Of a stretch of 20,000 nt of DNA, positions 15,331 through 20,000 are shown piece after piece; position 1 is the stretch's first letter; each line of letters begins with the position of its first letter. The translations under genes were made by a program, and so were the position numbers. Under the pieces are notes generated by a model that saw only the letters and a list, made by a program, of their open reading frames with translations, did no database searches and was not told the origin of the DNA. Origin of the DNA: an uncultured virus (IMG/VR IMGVR_UViG_3300035337_000237) (lineage: Duplodnaviria > Heunggongvirae > Uroviricota > Caudoviricetes); IMG/VR virus record IMGVR_UViG_3300035337_000237; one strand, 5' to 3'.

Positions 15331-15381
15331 GATTGGTAGAAGAACCAGTTGACGCGAAAATAAACTAAGGGAAGTGTAAAG

Positions 15382-15612
15382 ATGGAACGGGAATCGATTA
15401 AGGAAGCTGTTAAGGAAGCATTATACGAAGAATTAAAGTCGTTCTACATTGACCGTGAAACTCACTACAAGCAGCATGAGTGGTTAGCGTCGATGATGAT
15501 TTACAGTGAAACGTGTAAAAACGTAGTGCTAAAAACTTTGATTACACTGGTTATTAGCGGATTGGCTGGCTTAATGTACCTAGGCTTCTGCATTAAACAA
15601 GGTGGAAAGTGA
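15382..15612 (+). CDS. Small membrane protein, possibly holin-like (76 aa)
   Basis: One C-terminal hydrophobic helix (VVLKTLITLVISGLAGLMYLGFCI) after a charged helix. Confidence 0.55.
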   Translation: MERESIKEAVKEALYEELKSFYIDRETHYKQHEWLASMMIYSETCKNVVLKTLITLVISGLAGLMYLGFCIKQGGK

Positions 15613-16001
15613 TGGCATATAAACGTCTAAGTTTAACCCGTGGAAATTCGCATACTTACGGAGTAACCTTCAAAAACTCTGCCGGTATTCCCTATAATAT
15701 TAAAAACTGGGTATTAAAATTTACTCTCAAGACTAATTATGACCTTCCAGACTCTGAAGCGTCTCTTCAAAAAATAGTTACTTCATTTGACGACACAACA
15801 TCCGGGACATCCGGCAGCGCTCAGATTTCTCTTGTTCCATCCGATACAATCAATCTGGACGTTGGAGTTTATGATTATGATATTTCTGTAACAACTGGTT
15901 CTGCCAATGAATTTATAACTGTAATGAAAGGCAGATTTGACCTTGAATATGGAGTTACAAAAACTCCAGGAACTGCGGGGACAGCGGGAACAGCGCCATG
16001 A
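15612..16001 (+). CDS. BppU-N-like Ig-fold fibre attachment or structural protein
   Basis: TGATG coupling; pattern LTRGNSHTYGVTF...AQISLVPSDT..LDVGVYDYDISV; coupled to the fibre gene. Confidence 0.6.
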   Translation: MAYKRLSLTRGNSHTYGVTFKNSAGIPYNIKNWVLKFTLKTNYDLPDSEASLQKIVTSFDDTTSGTSGSAQISLVPSDTINLDVGVYDYDISVTTGSANEFITVMKGRFDLEYGVTKTPGTAGTAGTAP

Positions 16002-17461
16002 GTGATACTGATATAATCGTAACAATAAGTGATGCCACTGATATTAACGTTATACTGGATAATGTAGGATTGTCCGGGTCTTCCGGCACCAGTGGGACTT
16101 CTTCTTTTGGGAGTTCCGGCACCAGCGGGACGTCTGGAGTAGATGGAACATTTTTGGGAACTTCGGGTAGTTCAGGAACCTCAGGTAGTCCAGGAATAAA
16201 TGGAATAGATGGAATAGATGGAATAAATGGAACATCCGGTTCATCGGGTAGTTCAGGCAGTTCAGGCAGTAGCGGCACCTCCGGCACCGGCACCAACGGC
16301 ACATCAGGCACTTCCGGCACATCAGGTAGTTCAGGCTCTTCAGGAACAAATGGTGTTTCCGGGTCTTCCGGTTCCAGCGGCACAAGTGGCACAGGGAGTC
16401 CGGGAACTTCAGGAACTTCAGGCAGTTCAGGGACATCCGGGATTGGAATAGATGGTTCTTCCGGTAGTTCTGGAACCTCAGGAATTGGTGTAAGCGGTTC
16501 GAGTGGCACGTCGGGTAGTTCTGGGACCTCAGGTATTGATGGTTCATCTGGAACGTCCGGCACCTCAGGAACTGGTGTAAGCGGCTCTTCCGGTACTTCC
16601 GGTTCGAGTGGTATCTCCGGTTCGAGTGGCACATCAGGCACCTCAGGGGTAGATGGAACATTTTACGGCAGCAGTGGTACCAGTGGTAATTCCGGCAGTT
16701 CAGGAACCAGTGGAACCTCAGGTATATCAGGTACATCAGGAACTTCCGGCGTGGGTTCTTCAGGCACATCAGGTATAAATGGAAGTTCCGGCACGTCAGG
16801 CAGTTCGGGAATTGGTGGGTCTTCCGGCAGTTCAGGTACGTCAGGCACCTCAGGATTAGACGGTACATTTTATGGCAGCAGCGGTACTTCCGGTTCCAGC
16901 GGGTCTTCCGGTACCAATGGGGTAGACGGCACAAATGGCTCCAGCGGTACCTCAGGTAGTTCGGGGTCACATGGCAGTTCAGGCACCAGTGGTTCCAGTG
17001 GAAGTTCAGGGAGTTCGGGCACTGGTGTAAGTGGTTCTTCAGGAACGTCTGGCACCTCAGGAGTAGACGGTACATTTTACGGTAGCAGTGGCACCAGTGG
17101 CAGTTCCGGCACCAGTTCCGGCACTAATTACTTAGGCGCAGGTTCTATCGCCGTATCAGGAACATCGGGAACCTTCTCTCTTGATTTTTCACAGGGGAAC
17201 GGTTTCTACGGAACGGCTAATTTATCAGGGATGAAAGTTGCTTTCTCCAATCCGGCGGACGGTCAGGTTTACCGTTTCGCAATCAGGCAGGGAACAGCAG
17301 GCACCGCAACAATTACCGGATGGACTCAAATGGACGGAACAAATGGTTTTTGGCTTGGCGGCGGAACAGCGGGAACATTATCAACAGCGGCGGGAAAACG
17401 GGATGTGGCTACTTTCTGGTATGAAAATAGTATTTATCTGGGAAGTTATCTTAATGGGTAA
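15998..17461 (+). CDS. Gly-X-Y (GSS/GTS) repeat fibre-like protein with a globular C-terminal domain (487 aa)
   Basis: About 350 aa of G-[ST]-S triplets and a beta-rich C-terminal domain (SLDFSQGN...FSNPADG...IRQG...LSTAAGKRDVATF). Confidence 0.8.
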   Translation: MSDTDIIVTISDATDINVILDNVGLSGSSGTSGTSSFGSSGTSGTSGVDGTFLGTSGSSGTSGSPGINGIDGIDGINGTSGSSGSSGSSGSSGTSGTGTNGTSGTSGTSGSSGSSGTNGVSGSSGSSGTSGTGSPGTSGTSGSSGTSGIGIDGSSGSSGTSGIGVSGSSGTSGSSGTSGIDGSSGTSGTSGTGVSGSSGTSGSSGISGSSGTSGTSGVDGTFYGSSGTSGNSGSSGTSGTSGISGTSGTSGVGSSGTSGINGSSGTSGSSGIGGSSGSSGTSGTSGLDGTFYGSSGTSGSSGSSGTNGVDGTNGSSGTSGSSGSHGSSGTSGSSGSSGSSGTGVSGSSGTSGTSGVDGTFYGSSGTSGSSGTSSGTNYLGAGSIAVSGTSGTFSLDFSQGNGFYGTANLSGMKVAFSNPADGQVYRFAIRQGTAGTATITGWTQMDGTNGFWLGGGTAGTLSTAAGKRDVATFWYENSIYLGSYLNG

Positions 17462-17496
17462 AAGTTAAAAAAGGATAAAAAGAGGGGGAATAATAA

Positions 17497-18129
17497 ATGA
17501 TAGAAAGCGCTTTGGAGATTGTCAACGGTGCGGAATTATTAACAAAAAAAGATTTTGAGTCTCTTTCTGTAATTAAAGATGAGTTACTTAAAACATGGGA
17601 AACGGTGCAAATCTTCCGTACCCGCACTGAAATGGAAATAAGTGTTCTTGCGGATAATAAACGTCCTACACCAGACGCTAAGTACTGGCAGGCAGTGCGT
17701 GAACAAAATGTTATGTTTCAGGAACTTGTAATGCTCTCTTATGAATACCGGAAAAACATGGTGGAAATTAAAAAACTCAAAAGAGATATACTTAAGGAAG
17801 ATGACGAGATTGAAATAGAACTGTCTCAGATTGAAATAGAAAAGAAACAGTTTATTGCGCGGAATATGGAACGCACCGCCCATGATAGAATTAGGGAAAT
17901 TCTGGAATGGAGTAATATTAAAACTTCCCTCAAACCGTATCTAAAATATGGTGATGAGAATGTAAATGCTCATCAATTTGAAGCGATGAAGAAAAGGTAT
18001 GAAAAGGAAGCGGCGCTTGTTACGCAGCAGACTCCCCCGGCGGATGCCAGTAATATACTGGGACTTTGGGACATGGTTAAAAAGGGGAATAAGGGAGATA
18101 AAGGTAATGGTATACATCAAATTAAGTAG
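17497..18129 (+). CDS. Hypothetical coiled-coil protein (210 aa)
   Basis: SD GAGGGGG; long charged helical sequence. Confidence 0.75.
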   Translation: MIESALEIVNGAELLTKKDFESLSVIKDELLKTWETVQIFRTRTEMEISVLADNKRPTPDAKYWQAVREQNVMFQELVMLSYEYRKNMVEIKKLKRDILKEDDEIEIELSQIEIEKKQFIARNMERTAHDRIREILEWSNIKTSLKPYLKYGDENVNAHQFEAMKKRYEKEAALVTQQTPPADASNILGLWDMVKKGNKGDKGNGIHQIK

Positions 18130-18161
18130 TGATACTGGTAGTAGAAAAGGAGGAATAGAAA

Positions 18162-18812
18162 ATGGGCGCACCAAGTTATACAGATAATGTTACAGTATTA
18201 GCTCCCTATGCCGTGATTAAAGGGGAATCCTACAGAGTTTCCGGCGCAAGTGTAGCTGGTCTTGATTTACGAACAAAAGTAGGCGCATGGTTAAAATTGG
18301 CCATCGCTTGTGGTGGATCAACCGCTTTAACCGCCGGGGCAGCATTGTATGCTAAAATATATAGATGTCTAAATGCAGATGGTGTAAATCAGATGAATGG
18401 CTCTTTATTTTTTAACGGAGTTCATACTGCCATTGGTAAAGTTTTGATAAATGGTGCAGTTGATGCCGGTGTGCAGTCTATTACCTATGATGGTGCGGCG
18501 GGCACGGCATTTGCTGCGGAGAATACAGTATGTATTTGGGGCACCGATACGATTCCTGCTGCATCCGGTGCAGTAGTGGCAAATCACGGAGTGGAATTTC
18601 TCAACCTAAGCAAAGGTGTTGCATCACCTTGTCTTTTTAATACACCAACGAAATATGACCACCATGATAATGAAGTCATCACTTTAGCTTCAGCGTGGGA
18701 TTTATGGCTTCCGGGCGGTTCAGTTTATTCTCTGGTTGCTGATCATCTTTTCGATGCTGCCGGAGAAGCAATGATTTGTGCGGCGTATCTCCAGAGCTTT
18801 GATAGTTATTAA
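18162..18812 (+). CDS. Hypothetical virion-associated protein (216 aa)
   Basis: SD AGGAGG; Ala/Gly-rich, beta-type composition. Confidence 0.7.
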   Translation: MGAPSYTDNVTVLAPYAVIKGESYRVSGASVAGLDLRTKVGAWLKLAIACGGSTALTAGAALYAKIYRCLNADGVNQMNGSLFFNGVHTAIGKVLINGAVDAGVQSITYDGAAGTAFAAENTVCIWGTDTIPAASGAVVANHGVEFLNLSKGVASPCLFNTPTKYDHHDNEVITLASAWDLWLPGGSVYSLVADHLFDAAGEAMICAAYLQSFDSY

Positions 18813-18822
18813 GGATTAAGAA

Positions 18823-19599
18823 ATGATATTATCTCCTTACCAAAAACCACCTATCGGCACACAGCTGGATAGAAATCATCCTTTGACCAAAGGGCTGATT
18901 GGTTGCTGGATTATGAATGAACGTGCCGGACGAAGATTAACGGATTACTCCGGTTATAATAAGCATGGCATATTAAAAAATATGGTGAATCCTTGGCGGG
19001 AATCAGGTTTATATTTTGGGGGTGGAGCTGTTTGTGATTATGTTCTACTTCCCTCTATGTTGCCGAAACCCCCATATACAATAATTGCCAGAGTCAATCC
19101 TGTTACTTGTGGAGAGGTTAATGCCGCGAATGGTCTTGTTTATCAGGGAACTGGCTATTATGATATAGGAACTCATTTTGCTCTTGCTAATGATTCTAAT
19201 TATGTTGGTTTTAAGAATGAAGGTGGAGATGTGGTTAGGAGTAATAACTACGCGGTATCCCTTGGGGTATTTCAGCAATTAGCTGCAACTATTAATGCTG
19301 CCGGATGGGCAACACTCTATAAGAATAAAACCGTTCTAATAACAGGTTCATCAGGGACGAATGCCCCAAGTAATAATCCGACATATCTTGGTTTTTGGTA
19401 TATAGATAGTAGCACAAGATTCCTTAATGGACTTATGGATTATGTTTACATTTACAATCGTGATTTGTCAGCGTTGGAGATTGAATCTATTTACAATAAT
19501 CCCTACTGTTTTTTTGAAATGCAGCCTGATTTGTATCAATACACTTCATCAATGGCTGCTATTTTGGCTAACCGTGGATTATTTACATTCCATGGGTGA
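18823..19599 (+). CDS. LamG/concanavalin A-like domain protein (258 aa)
   Basis: GLIGCWIMNE..G..LTDYSGYNKHG start and FLNGLMDYVYIYNRDLSALEI end, the typical LamG-like signature. Confidence 0.85.
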   Translation: MILSPYQKPPIGTQLDRNHPLTKGLIGCWIMNERAGRRLTDYSGYNKHGILKNMVNPWRESGLYFGGGAVCDYVLLPSMLPKPPYTIIARVNPVTCGEVNAANGLVYQGTGYYDIGTHFALANDSNYVGFKNEGGDVVRSNNYAVSLGVFQQLAATINAAGWATLYKNKTVLITGSSGTNAPSNNPTYLGFWYIDSSTRFLNGLMDYVYIYNRDLSALEIESIYNNPYCFFEMQPDLYQYTSSMAAILANRGLFTFHG

Positions 19600-19664
19600 A
19601 AAAGGGAATAAAAAGGAATTAAAAAGGAATCAGGGAAACGATTAACTTTTAAGGAGTGTAAAAT

Positions 19665-20000
19665 ATGTCCAGCCGGAACCCGAAAGATTTAAGCGATGAA
19701 ATGTACTATAAGTGGTCTGAATGGGACAAGGTTATGAAGTCAAACAATATTGACTATATATTAACTTGCACCCTCCGAACGCTTGACCAACAAAAAGAAC
19801 TCTATGCACAAGGAAGAAGCAAGCCAGGCAAAATAGTAACATGGACTTTAAACAGTAAACACCTCACAGGAGAAGCTTTTGATTTTTGTATTATGAATAA
19901 CGGGAAGTGTGACTGGGCCATGGATAAAAAAGAAGATTGGGAAACAGCCGTGGAAATAGGAAAAAGTCTGGGCCTGTCACAGGTTGTTGATAGCAAAGGA
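19665..20000 (+). CDS. M15-family peptidase endolysin (L-Ala-D-Glu type), 3' truncated
   Basis: Not in the ORF track. SD AAGGAG; translates as MSSRNPKDL...TCTLRTLDQQKELYAQGRSKPGKIVTWTLNSKHLTGEAFDF, with the SxHxxGxAxD zinc motif. Confidence 0.9.
   Translation, partial: MSSRNPKDLSDEMYYKWSEWDKVMKSNNIDYILTCTLRTLDQQKELYAQGRSKPGKIVTWTLNSKHLTGEAFDFCIMNNGKCDWAMDKKEDWETAVEIGKSLGLSQVVDSKG

Noticed and set aside
15955..17075. Long minus-strand Pro/Glu-rich and Cys/Arg-rich ORFs
   Set aside because: They are antisense shadows of the Gly-Ser-Thr repeat gene.

Overview
This window is the DNA-packaging and virion-morphogenesis module of a tailed bacteriophage or prophage with an N4-gp56-like major capsid protein. 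Gene order on the + strand: putative TerS, FkbM-family methyltransferase, TerL, portal, small ORFs, scaffold, major capsid protein, decoration and adaptor proteins, a Gly-Ser/Thr-rich fibre, a LamG-like protein, and an M15 endolysin that runs off the end. The module carries three self-splicing elements. (1) A LAGLIDADG intein splits the TerL Walker A motif. (2) A second TerL intein has no in-frame nuclease. Its endonuclease slot instead holds a complete HNH/zinc-finger gene in a different reading frame on the same strand, with its own Shine-Dalgarno and a candidate promoter, while the intein frame stays open across it. This is the most unusual feature. (3) A group I intron with a LAGLIDADG ORF interrupts the capsid gene; its P1, P10, P3, P7 and P8 pairings can be read from the sequence. 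The 540-1700 intergenic region holds a leftward sigma54-type promoter, regularly spaced IHF-consensus sites and several families of paired, often palindromic repeats resembling enhancer sites. All protein family calls come from motif recognition by eye; no database searches were run.
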